Origin: a virus
DNA: 64,000 nt
Strand: one strand, 5' to 3'
IMG/VR virus record: IMGVR_UViG_3300043539_002606
Coordinates: 1-64,000 of that record
Shown here: piece by piece, positions 7,410 through 15,717 of the stretch
How positions within the stretch are numbered: the first letter of the stretch is position 1
How the letters are laid out: each line of letters opens with the position of its first letter
Notes under the pieces: model-generated
Database searches by the model: none
What the model saw: only the letters and a program-made list of their open reading frames with translations
Told to the model about the DNA's origin: nothing
Translations under genes and position numbers: made by a program

Positions 7410-9932
7410 TTATGCGAAAAAGTCTTCGAGGCTTGAACGCTCCTCTGCGCTCCAGCCAATTGCATCAAGAATTAGTTGTATTGGCTCAAGAAACGCCTTT
7501 TGAAATTGCATATCAAAGTCAATATAACTTTCAATCTTAAATTCAATTGGCAGTTTACCAACAAATGCTATGCAATTTTCTCGTGTTGGATTTTGTGGTC
7601 GCAAGAATATGTATTTAATCTTTTCTCCGTTTTTAATCTTTGGCACATTTTTGCAATTCACTTCATCAAGCAACCAGTTATGCATAAGACATCCACGCAC
7701 ATGCAGCGGTGTGCCCTTTGTATAGATGGTTTTGCGATCAGCATATTTGCGAACATTAGTAACACCACGCGGCAATCCAATTTGTTCAGGAGTCATGCTT
7801 TCAAACTCACGTCTAAATTTAGCAATTGCATCTTGTGTTTGTTTTTGATTGCCGCTAATAATAACAGAGAATAGATTTTTCATAGCTTCACGACAAACCT
7901 TTGGCGTACTGCTTTTTACTGCTTCAATGCCTTTCATTTTAATTTTAGGCTTTGCATATTGTACGCCTTCACTGTTATGCACATTCAGAATATATCTTTT
8001 CTTTGCAGTCCAGATTGCGCGATCAGCAATAACTTCTCGCTTCATATTCATAGTATTTTTATATGCTTGAGTCATATCAGCGAGAGTTTTAAATGTTTTT
8101 TGAAAAAGAGGCTCAAGTGCCTTGGAACCAAACTCATCAAGAAATGCTACTGGATTTTTAGGTGAGAATTGATTAACTACGTCTTCAACATTCAAATAGA
8201 TGCTATCAGTGTCCATTGCAATAACATAGTCTTTAGACTTTGTGTTTTTCAAAAAGCTATTGAGATATGTATTGATTGCATACTCAGCTTTGTTAATAAC
8301 AAGCTGGCCAGTAAGTGTAATGCCTTCTGCAATAAGAATATCAAAATAGCGGAAATATTTGTTTGCAATAGCACCGTAAAGACTATTCATCAAAATCTTG
8401 ATACACATCTGCTCGGTATCAAGACGAGAGATTTCAGATACGAGAGCTGGAGACTTTGAGATTTCATAGTCTTGCTGTTTGCCTAACATCTCCTTTTTAA
8501 TAATCACTCGGCGATTATAAAGCTCTTCAACAATCGCTGGCAAAAAGCCTTGTTTATCTCGACGAAATGTTGCACCATTTGCGGCAACAGCAAGATTATC
8601 TTCTAAGCCATCAATTTTAGATAGAGTCAATAGCTTATCAGGACCTAATCCACTAATCACGCTATGTCGTACGAGCATTTCTGGACTCATGTTATATTGA
8701 ATAATGATATTAGGATATAGACTATTCAAGTCGAAGCTTAGCACCCAATTATACATGCCAGGTTTTGGATCCTTAACATATCCACCAGCATAGTCTTGTG
8801 CAAAGCTAGCTCTGTTATTTGGTGGTACAGCAATTTTTTTATTTGCAAGATAGCGAAAGATAATGCTATCCCAGATACCAACAGTGCCGAGCGTGTCGGC
8901 ATAGTTAACACCGCCAAAATAGGCAAGTGTAAAAACAAGATTAAGTAGACCAAGCTTTTGCTCAAAGCGTTCAATAAGTTCAACGTCAACAACGTTATAT
9001 TCAACATATGTTTGATAGTCTGTTTCATAGAGATTTTTTAGACTGCCACTATAATCAACCTTATTTTCGCCAAGCACAACTTCAGCGATATGATCAAGCT
9101 TATAACTTTCTTGTTGACCATATGTGTTGAGAGTAAATTTCTTAAAGAGCTCAAGATAGTCGAGCTGTTGTATGCCTACGATATTATAACCATATTGCTC
9201 TTGACCTTTGACAGTGACATTACGCTCTTCAATTTGTTTCCATGGACTAAGCTTAAGAACTTCTCCTTCATCAAGCAAAAGACTGCAGCGATTAACAAGA
9301 TATGGTATATCGAAAAAGTTTGTGTTCCAGCCAGTAATAACATCAGGCGTATTATCAGGATCACTCCACCAATCAATAAAGTCTTGAAGCATATCAGACT
9401 CTTTGATAAACTCGCGATATTCAATTTTCAAATGGCGAAGCTTGCTAATTGACATGTCATATTCTTTAAGACCCCAAACAATATAAACATCTTGTCGACT
9501 ACTCTTAACAGTAATTGTTAGCACACGATTGCTTGCCATGCGTGCTTCACTATAGCTTCCTTCTTCATCGCAGTCAACCTCAATATCGATATACGCAATA
9601 TCAATAAAACGCTTGACATAGTCAATCCTATCTGGAAATTGACTTTGAATAAACGCAGGAATCCAACGATCATTGCCATAGATCTTAAAACCAGAAATGC
9701 CTTCATATTGTTTTGTAAAAGCTCGGGCTTCGCTCATGCTATCAAATCGAACTGGCTCCAGAGCTTTGTCATCAAGACTGCGCCAACCACTTTTTGGATC
9801 CTTTGATTCAACATATAGACATGGCTTATATCGAAAGCTTTCATAGAGTTTTTTACCGCTCGCATCATAGCCTCGATATTTAATGCTATTCATGTGGCGA
9901 TCCACGTTTGTATAAAAACCAGTTAATGTCAT
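7410..9932 (-). CDS. gp43: Family B DNA polymerase
   Basis: Exonuclease motifs DIEVD, GWNTNFFDIPY and YNVVDV; polymerase motifs SFDLNSLYP, KILMNSLYG, DTDS and KKRY. Confidence 0.98.
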   Translation of the reverse strand: MTLTGFYTNVDRHMNSIKYRGYDASGKKLYESFRYKPCLYVESKDPKSGWRSLDDKALEPVRFDSMSEARAFTKQYEGISGFKIYGNDRWIPAFIQSQFPDRIDYVKRFIDIAYIDIEVDCDEEGSYSEARMASNRVLTITVKSSRQDVYIVWGLKEYDMSISKLRHLKIEYREFIKESDMLQDFIDWWSDPDNTPDVITGWNTNFFDIPYLVNRCSLLLDEGEVLKLSPWKQIEERNVTVKGQEQYGYNIVGIQQLDYLELFKKFTLNTYGQQESYKLDHIAEVVLGENKVDYSGSLKNLYETDYQTYVEYNVVDVELIERFEQKLGLLNLVFTLAYFGGVNYADTLGTVGIWDSIIFRYLANKKIAVPPNNRASFAQDYAGGYVKDPKPGMYNWVLSFDLNSLYPNIIIQYNMSPEMLVRHSVISGLGPDKLLTLSKIDGLEDNLAVAANGATFRRDKQGFLPAIVEELYNRRVIIKKEMLGKQQDYEISKSPALVSEISRLDTEQMCIKILMNSLYGAIANKYFRYFDILIAEGITLTGQLVINKAEYAINTYLNSFLKNTKSKDYVIAMDTDSIYLNVEDVVNQFSPKNPVAFLDEFGSKALEPLFQKTFKTLADMTQAYKNTMNMKREVIADRAIWTAKKRYILNVHNSEGVQYAKPKIKMKGIEAVKSSTPKVCREAMKNLFSVIISGNQKQTQDAIAKFRREFESMTPEQIGLPRGVTNVRKYADRKTIYTKGTPLHVRGCLMHNWLLDEVNCKNVPKIKNGEKIKYIFLRPQNPTRENCIAFVGKLPIEFKIESYIDFDMQFQKAFLEPIQLILDAIGWSAEERSSLEDFFA

Positions 9933-9938
9933 GTCACT

Positions 9939-9968
9939 ATATTACCACAAATTTTATCATTTGTAAAC
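9939..9968 (-). promoter_or_regulatory. Early promoter for gp43
   Basis: GTTTACA-17 nt (ending TGG)-TAATAT; ATG 6 nt downstream. Confidence 0.7.
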
Positions 9969-9969
9969 C

Positions 9970-9997
9970 AAAAAAGCACTGCTTAAGCAGTGCTTTT
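9970..9997. terminator. Palindromic, probably bidirectional terminator
   Basis: Perfect palindrome AAAAGCACTGCTTAAGCAGTGCTTTT at 9972-9997. Confidence 0.75.
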
Positions 9998-10021
9998 GTT
10001 TTAAGAATATTGGACTTAATA

Positions 10022-10675
10022 TTATTTAATAGTTTTGCCAAACAATAGTTCCTTTGCTTGCTCTAATATTGTTTTTCCACTATAATGAGATTCGTTTTTC
10101 ATTTTGGAGATTTTGGCTAAATCAACAATGGATCTTTTTAAGCCGCTCATATCGGCAGGAGACTGCAAATATAGCTTACCAATATTTTTTAGTGCAGAGG
10201 CAGCAACTGTTGCACGTGTTCTAACTCCATCTTTTTCTTTTTGCAATATTAGATTAAGAAGATCTTTGCCTGCGACTAGTGGTTTTAAGTATTTGGTAAC
10301 ATAGTTAACTGTTAAAAAGTCAGTTTTTACCCCTTTATCATTTTCTAGGCCATAGCTCTTTAATTTAGCTTTCGTAGCTGCACTTTCATTATTAATAATC
10401 TCAGTAAGAGCAGCTAATGCCTCTTTATAATTATTTTTGAAAAATGTTTTTGCGATACTATTAATTAGGGCATTGCTATCTTTTAGACACTTAAGAAGTG
10501 CATCAGCATAATATTGATTCATATCATCAACTGAGATTTCTGTTTTCATAATACCAGCTTTTGCCTTTGATGCAGACTTTAATAGATCCTCTGAATCACC
10601 AATAAATTGTTCTGTAGCATCTTGATAAGCAACGGCAATACTTTTTATTAATTTCTTATATTGATCTTTTTCCAT
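10022..10675 (-). CDS. Hypothetical Lys-rich helical protein with its own late promoter (possible internal head protein)
   Basis: 217-aa ORF flanked by TATAAATA and a terminator. Confidence 0.7.
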   Translation of the reverse strand: MEKDQYKKLIKSIAVAYQDATEQFIGDSEDLLKSASKAKAGIMKTEISVDDMNQYYADALLKCLKDSNALINSIAKTFFKNNYKEALAALTEIINNESAATKAKLKSYGLENDKGVKTDFLTVNYVTKYLKPLVAGKDLLNLILQKEKDGVRTRATVAASALKNIGKLYLQSPADMSGLKRSIVDLAKISKMKNESHYSGKTILEQAKELLFGKTIK

Positions 10676-10682
10676 ATTATCT

Positions 10683-10690
10683 TATTTATA
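10683..10690 (-). promoter_or_regulatory. Late promoter
   Basis: TATAAATA 7 nt before the ATG at 10675. Confidence 0.75.
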
Positions 10691-10696
10691 GTTTTT

Positions 10697-11152
10697 TTAC
10701 TTTTTAACTACTCCAATTTTATATTTGGCTTCAAGACTCCATTCACTCTTTTCGCGATATGGTACAATCTTGATGCTCTTTAGGCTGCTAACGTTATTAG
10801 CAATCTTATTGCGATCAACAATAGTGCATAGTCCCCAATCGTGCAGCAAGCTTGCAATTGCATTACGACGAGCAATGTCATCGCTACTCAATGTGCTAGG
10901 CTTGCCATCAAGCATAAAGAGCTCTTTGAAATGGCAGATATAATAACGACCTTGTTTATGCAAGATGTGACAGCTTTGCCAAAGTTTCTTTTCTTCGTTT
11001 TTACTTGCGACACCAATACGTGTTAGCGTCTCTTTAACCTTCAAGAAATCATCTGGCTCTTCAAGTGAAATCTCTAGCATCCAGCTACTATTCCATTCAT
11101 AATCTGATTGTGTTGTCATGTTACTATTTATCTTAACATTTTCCTCCAACAT
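10697..11152 (-). CDS. regA: Translational repressor RegA (true start may be slightly downstream)
   Basis: PDDFLKVKETLTRIGVAS, QSCHILHKQGRYYICHFKELF and RRNAIA motifs. Confidence 0.97.
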   Translation of the reverse strand: MLEENVKINSNMTTQSDYEWNSSWMLEISLEEPDDFLKVKETLTRIGVASKNEEKKLWQSCHILHKQGRYYICHFKELFMLDGKPSTLSSDDIARRNAIASLLHDWGLCTIVDRNKIANNVSSLKSIKIVPYREKSEWSLEAKYKIGVVKK

Positions 11153-11570
11153 TCATAGCAAGTCGCAATTCTCGCAAAGCATCCTCTCCGAAGAGAGGCA
11201 ATACTTCTCGAGCTTTTTGACTGCTATAGTCATAGCGACGTTTGATTAGTTCAACATCATCGCCGTCTGGCAATGCCTTGAACCATTTACTAAAACGTTT
11301 GCGAGGCCTCAGACTATGTCGATAAAAATCATATGACATTTTTGCGGGCAAATCATGATGAATATTCATCTCATTTGCAAAGAGTATGCTGTCTTGAAAA
11401 AAGCTTAATCCGCGATTAATCATAAACGAGTTATAAGCCTTTTCATTCTCAGAGACTGTCGCTTCTGTTGGAGTAGCAGTGCTATCACACAACAAATCAT
11501 CGACCTTTGGGCCACTATTGATATTTGTTAATATATCAAAAAAGTTAATTGATTTTTTACTCATTTCCAA
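11133..11570 (-). CDS. gp62: Clamp loader small subunit
   Basis: YNSFMINRGLS, FANEMN and RPRKRFSKW motifs; 44-62-regA synteny. Confidence 0.92.
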   Translation of the reverse strand: MEMSKKSINFFDILTNINSGPKVDDLLCDSTATPTEATVSENEKAYNSFMINRGLSFFQDSILFANEMNIHHDLPAKMSYDFYRHSLRPRKRFSKWFKALPDGDDVELIKRRYDYSSQKAREVLPLFGEDALRELRLAMNVGGKC

Positions 11571-12496
11571 TTTACATTACCCATAAGTTCAGTGCAGCAT
11601 GCAACAAGATTAATTTCTTTATCTGCTACAAAACTAGATTTATATTGATAGTCGGCTAGAATAAGAACAGCTGCTGGTTTACTCGCAGGCTCGATCCAAC
11701 TATCCATGTTATCATAGATCTTGCGAAACACATATGTGCTATCGCCATTGCTGCTATTTGCAACCCACTCACGCATAGTCTTAAAATTTTTAGTTTTAAG
11801 GCTATCACGCAGAACTGCAAAACTATCATCACCGCTATCAGCTAGAATGTGAGCTCCGATACTACCACTTAATGCATGACGTTGACATTCACCAATCACT
11901 CGTCTCCAGTCTGGAGCATGCTTGCAAATAAGTTGGGCAAGCACAGCATCATCTGCACTTACACCTTCGCTTTGCAAGATATATTGCAGCCGTTGCATAA
12001 ACTTGCCTGCTAATGAAGCTAGTGTCTTTTTATTGACATTAAATTCAACTACAGTGCATCGACTATGCAATGGCTCAATAATACGATTTTTGAAATTACA
12101 AGTTAAGATGAAACGACAGTTATTACTAAACTCTTCCATAAATGCACGCAACGCTGGCTGAGTGCTATGAACGCCGAGATATTCGGCCTCGTCAATAATA
12201 ACAACTTTGGTGCCACCACTTAAACTAATGCTGCTTGCAAATTGTTTAATTTTGTTTCGCAGCACATCAATGCCACTCTCTTCAGAGCCGTTGATGAAAA
12301 TCCAATCACACCCCATTTCTTTGCAAAGTGCCTTCGCTAGTGTTGTTTTGCCAGTGCCTGCGCTGCCAGCAAAAATCATATTTGGTACATTGCCACTCTT
12401 AACAATCTCTTGAAAGGTTGTCTTAAGAGTTTTTGGCAGGATGCAATCTTCAATTTTTTGTGGTCTATATTTTTCTACCCAAAGTGTTTCTGTCAT
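11561..12496 (-). CDS. gp44: Clamp loader large subunit (RFC-like AAA+)
   Basis: LWVEKYRP, GSAGTGKT, IIDEAE and IIEPLHSRC motifs. Confidence 0.97.
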   Translation of the reverse strand: MTETLWVEKYRPQKIEDCILPKTLKTTFQEIVKSGNVPNMIFAGSAGTGKTTLAKALCKEMGCDWIFINGSEESGIDVLRNKIKQFASSISLSGGTKVVIIDEAEYLGVHSTQPALRAFMEEFSNNCRFILTCNFKNRIIEPLHSRCTVVEFNVNKKTLASLAGKFMQRLQYILQSEGVSADDAVLAQLICKHAPDWRRVIGECQRHALSGSIGAHILADSGDDSFAVLRDSLKTKNFKTMREWVANSSNGDSTYVFRKIYDNMDSWIEPASKPAAVLILADYQYKSSFVADKEINLVACCTELMGNVNWK

Positions 12497-12499
12497 AAT

Positions 12500-12754
12500 T
12501 TATTGTTTCTTCAATGCGTCATATAATGATTTAATATCGCTCGTTTCTTCTTCGAAACTTGCTCCAGCTCGTTTATGATAGAGACGCGCTACCTTACGAA
12601 CCATTGGTTTTGGCAGATCAAGACTATCATGCACAGCATGAATAATTTCTTTGATCTGATCTTTAGCAGCATCGACAATATCGAGCTGCTCATCAATTTC
12701 TTTGATCGCATCATAAAATGCGACTCGATCTGTTTCAGACTTGAATTCAATCAT
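12500..12754 (-). CDS. dsbA: T4 DsbA-like dsDNA-binding protein
   Basis: AIKEI...IKEII...LPKPMVRKVARLYHK helical pattern and size. Confidence 0.65.
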   Translation of the reverse strand: MIEFKSETDRVAFYDAIKEIDEQLDIVDAAKDQIKEIIHAVHDSLDLPKPMVRKVARLYHKRAGASFEEETSDIKSLYDALKKQ

Positions 12755-12756
12755 GT

Positions 12757-13020
12757 TTATAGAGGAAGTTCAAGTTGTTGTTGAGCTGCGTCAGGTTGGC
12801 AATCACCATCACAAACTTCAAGCTGACGCTCGCAGTCGCAGTCGGTTGAGCATTCAGCTTCAACATCAGATTCTAGCATCTGACCGAGAAACTGCATGGT
12901 AGCATATACTTCGCCAACGAGTTGCAACTCATCTTCATGAAATGCAGCGCGCTCTCGACATGCTTCAAGAATTGCCAATACACAGAAAAATGGATTTTTA
13001 TTTGCTTCGATTAATTTCAT
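12757..13020 (-). CDS. Small acidic, Cys-rich hypothetical protein
   Basis: ORF closely packed between gp45 and dsbA. Confidence 0.6.
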   Translation of the reverse strand: MKLIEANKNPFFCVLAILEACRERAAFHEDELQLVGEVYATMQFLGQMLESDVEAECSTDCDCERQLEVCDGDCQPDAAQQQLELPL

Positions 13021-13033
13021 AGTAAGTTATCTA

Positions 13034-13705
13034 TTACGCGTTAAATGTTGAAGTTTTTTCAAGTGCGATGTAATATTGAACGCCTGCACCAGCGTGAGTC
13101 CAATGACTAATAAAGCGTTTACTAAGCTCGACACTATAGTCACCATTTAGCAACTTAAGATTGGCAATCAAAATATGAAAGTCAAAGCTATCAGTATTGT
13201 CATTGCTAGAGTCAAGCAGCAATTCAAAACTATTTGCGCTACTATTTTTTGGATCACTAATTCGTGCAATAATCTTGCCACTATTGCCAACAATACTCAG
13301 CACGCTTTGACCAAGAACTGCAGCAGCTTTGCGTAATTGACCAAGCTGAGCATTTGAAAATGATACTGTCACATCAACGCTAGGCATAGTAATGCTCTTT
13401 TGTGGATGTGTAAGAATATTTGGATCTGCAAAACGATAGTTTGCGCTAATGCCTCCATCGCTAATCTTGACGCTCTTGTCCGAGAATTCAAGTTCAGCAT
13501 CAGTGGAGCCGATCAAGCCATATACATTCATGAATTCATTGAGATCATAGATTCCAAAGTCAACATCAAATGTTTCATTTGCAGTGGCATAGATGCTTTT
13601 TGCATCGTTAATTGTATCAAGCGGCTTATTAGCCTTGACAACAAGATTAGGGTTGATTGACGCAAAATTGCGTAGGATTTCGATTGTGTTTGTTTCTAAC
13701 TTCAT
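13034..13705 (-). CDS. gp45: Sliding clamp
   Basis: ILRNFASINPNL, FGIYDLNEF, NLKLLNGDY.V and YYIALE motifs. Confidence 0.95.
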   Translation of the reverse strand: MKLETNTIEILRNFASINPNLVVKANKPLDTINDAKSIYATANETFDVDFGIYDLNEFMNVYGLIGSTDAELEFSDKSVKISDGGISANYRFADPNILTHPQKSITMPSVDVTVSFSNAQLGQLRKAAAVLGQSVLSIVGNSGKIIARISDPKNSSANSFELLLDSSNDNTDSFDFHILIANLKLLNGDYSVELSKRFISHWTHAGAGVQYYIALEKTSTFNA

Positions 13706-13714
13706 AGTGTTATT

Positions 13715-13744
13715 AATATATCATAAGGCGTGATGTTTGTAAAC
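13715..13744 (-). promoter_or_regulatory. Early promoter for the gp45 operon
   Basis: GTTTACA-17 nt (ending TGA)-TATATT. Confidence 0.6.
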
Positions 13745-13785
13745 AAAAAAATGCATCTTGTCGACCACCACAATCGACAAGATGC
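13745..13785 (-). terminator. Rho-independent terminator
   Basis: GCATCTTGTCGA-loop-TCGACAAGATGC followed by a T-run on the minus strand. Confidence 0.75.
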
Positions 13786-13802
13786 TATTGCTAAGCGAGC
13801 TA

Positions 13803-14072
13803 TTAGCCACGCTTAGGAGATCCCAAACGATAGCGCATAACTGTGCCACCAGATTTGGTCTTACGAGGATTGCAATAGATTGCAGCTCCTTCGTTACGAA
13901 GATTATAAATTACGCGAGCAGGATCAGCGATGCCGGCAAGCTTAGCCTCAACTGTGCTAAATTCATGGCCTTCTCCGAGAAAGCGAAGAATCGCATTGGC
14001 TTGAGTGCTATTTTTTACGAGACGAACGAATTTATCGAGTTGTTTTTGTGTCAGTTTTGTACTTGGTTTCAT
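13803..14072 (-). CDS. Small basic winged helix-turn-helix protein
   Basis: TQANAILRFL...STVEA...GI..PARVIYNLRNEG.AI...YRL pattern. Confidence 0.7.
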   Translation of the reverse strand: MKPSTKLTQKQLDKFVRLVKNSTQANAILRFLGEGHEFSTVEAKLAGIADPARVIYNLRNEGAAIYCNPRKTKSGGTVMRYRLGSPKRG

Positions 14073-14122
14073 ATGTTATGTTGTTTGTTGTTTTGTGATT
14101 AGTCAATATTGTCGACTAAAGC

Positions 14123-15289
14123 TTAGAAAGGGACTTCGTCAACTGCAGTGAGGAGAGTATTATCGGCGAGACTCTGTGCATCAATTTTGCTATAGAGGTC
14201 GAGAAAGGCTTCGCGAGTATCGCTATCAAAGCGAGCAATGCACATGCGAATTGCAGTCATGCGATCGCGAAAGATAGCAAAGCTCTTAACGATGTGACAG
14301 AGGCGTCGTGTAGAGACTACTTCATCCACACCTTCGTTTTCAAAGGTTGCGCGAATAACGCTGCTCCATGATACAAGTCTATTAGCAAACTCATCGTCAT
14401 CACATTGCAAGCTAGTCATATGCTTCTTGACGATTTTGAGCTCAGTAGCAAACTCAGGATATGGCTGGTCGATGCTAGCAACAAAGCGTTCAATGAATGC
14501 TTCGTCAATGATTTGAGCTGCCACATAGCGACCATCATCGCTGCCGCGACCCTTTGTGTTGGCTGTTGCAATGACGTTAAAGCCTGGGGCCGGAGTCACG
14601 GTCTCACCTGTTTTCTTGATGAGAATTGGCTTGCCTTCGAGAACGCCTTGCAAACACATAATTTTGTTGCTGCCGCGGTCGAGCTCATCAATAAGTAGGA
14701 TGGCACCACGTTTCATCGCTTTAATGACTGGACCATGTTGGAAAACTGTCTCGCCATTGACAAGACGAAAGCCGCCGAGAAGATCATCTTCGTCTGTTTC
14801 GGGACTGATTTGCACACGCACATATTCGCGCTTGCTTTTGGCGCATGCTTGCTCAACCATAATGGTCTTGCCATTGCCGCTCATGCCGCTAATATAGAGT
14901 GGGAAAAACATGCGACTATCAACAATGCGCTTGACATTTTGATATTCTCCCCATGGAATGAAATTACTATCGACAGCAGGCACATAAATCTCATCGCTCG
15001 AGACACTCTGCACGCCACGTAGAGCCACAACTGGTGCAGCCTTTGGAGTTGGAGTTGGAACTGGAGCTTGAGTTTGAACTTGTGCGGCAACTACGCCATC
15101 GGCGAGATGCGCTAAGTTCCATGAGCCGCGACCAACTTTGTGCGTCATAAAGGTGCTATTTGCACCGTTATAGCTAAAGCCATTGGCACGTGCGTGCTCA
15201 TAGATTTGAGTTGTGCTTGCTGTGGGCCAGGCGCCAATAGCTTTGAGTGACGCGAGGGTGGATTCGATATTTCCTGATTTAGTGGACAT
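14123..15289 (-). CDS. cobS: MoxR/CobS-like AAA+ ATPase
   Basis: GMSGNGKT, ETDEDDLLGG, LLIDELD, TANTKGRGS, EAFIERF and STRRL motifs; typical of the phage CobS family. Confidence 0.9.
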   Translation of the reverse strand: MSTKSGNIESTLASLKAIGAWPTASTTQIYEHARANGFSYNGANSTFMTHKVGRGSWNLAHLADGVVAAQVQTQAPVPTPTPKAAPVVALRGVQSVSSDEIYVPAVDSNFIPWGEYQNVKRIVDSRMFFPLYISGMSGNGKTIMVEQACAKSKREYVRVQISPETDEDDLLGGFRLVNGETVFQHGPVIKAMKRGAILLIDELDRGSNKIMCLQGVLEGKPILIKKTGETVTPAPGFNVIATANTKGRGSDDGRYVAAQIIDEAFIERFVASIDQPYPEFATELKIVKKHMTSLQCDDDEFANRLVSWSSVIRATFENEGVDEVVSTRRLCHIVKSFAIFRDRMTAIRMCIARFDSDTREAFLDLYSKIDAQSLADNTLLTAVDEVPF

Positions 15290-15309
15290 AATATTGTGGT
15301 GTTGAGATT

Positions 15310-15339
15310 ATTATAAACTGAAATTGTGATATTGTAAAC
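15310..15339 (-). promoter_or_regulatory. Early promoter for cobS
   Basis: GTTTACA-17 nt-TATAAT. Confidence 0.75.
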
Positions 15340-15349
15340 AAAAAAGTGA

Positions 15350-15613
15350 TTAAGCCAGTGTTGCTTTGTAACACTCAGCGCTAACGCGCATGACAGATTC
15401 ATCTGCATCGCAGAAGCAGACTCCAGATGGGTGGCAAAGACCATCAGCGTCGATCCATTCCTTTCCAAGGATGTATTGATCGCAGCTTTTTTTGGTTAAG
15501 AGGCATATTCTGAAAAAGCCTTGTTCAAGTGATATGACGTTGCCTACTGCGCAGTCGGAGATTTTGATTGCTTTGAGGGGGGTATTAGCGTTGGTGAACT
15601 TGTACTTGATCAT
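15350..15613 (-). CDS. Hypothetical early protein (probable start MIKYKF at 15613)
   Basis: ORF lying between two early promoters; the longer start at 15658 overlaps the promoter. Confidence 0.6.
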   Translation of the reverse strand: MIKYKFTNANTPLKAIKISDCAVGNVISLEQGFFRICLLTKKSCDQYILGKEWIDADGLCHPSGVCFCDADESVMRVSAECYKATLA

Positions 15614-15628
15614 ATTGGTTACAGGATC

Positions 15629-15681
15629 ATTATACCATATTTTGATGAGATTGTACACAAAAAAGTGAAAAAAAGTGAAAA
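15629..15681 (-). promoter_or_regulatory. Early promoter with a phased T/A-tract upstream element
   Basis: GTGTACA-17 nt (ending TGG)-TATAAT, preceded by (TTTTCACTTT)x2. Confidence 0.7.
15660..15681. repeat. 22-bp inverted repeat, copy 1 (partner at 18121-18142)
   Basis: AAAAAGTGAAAAAAAGTGAAAA is the exact reverse complement of 18121-18142. Confidence 0.85.
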
Positions 15682-15684
15682 TAT

Positions 15685-15714
15685 TTTAGGGCCCCCCTGG
15701 GGGGGGGTGGCCTC
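15685..15714. repeat. GC-rich hairpin containing a 15-bp direct repeat (partner at 18174-18188); possible terminator
   Basis: TTTAGGGCCCCCCTG followed by a G-run. Confidence 0.7.
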
Positions 15715-15717
15715 AGA

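Noticed and set aside
15689-15710. G-quadruplex at the G-run
   Set aside because: The adjacent C-run favours a simple hairpin and there are too few separate G-tracts; the homopolymer length may also be a sequencing error
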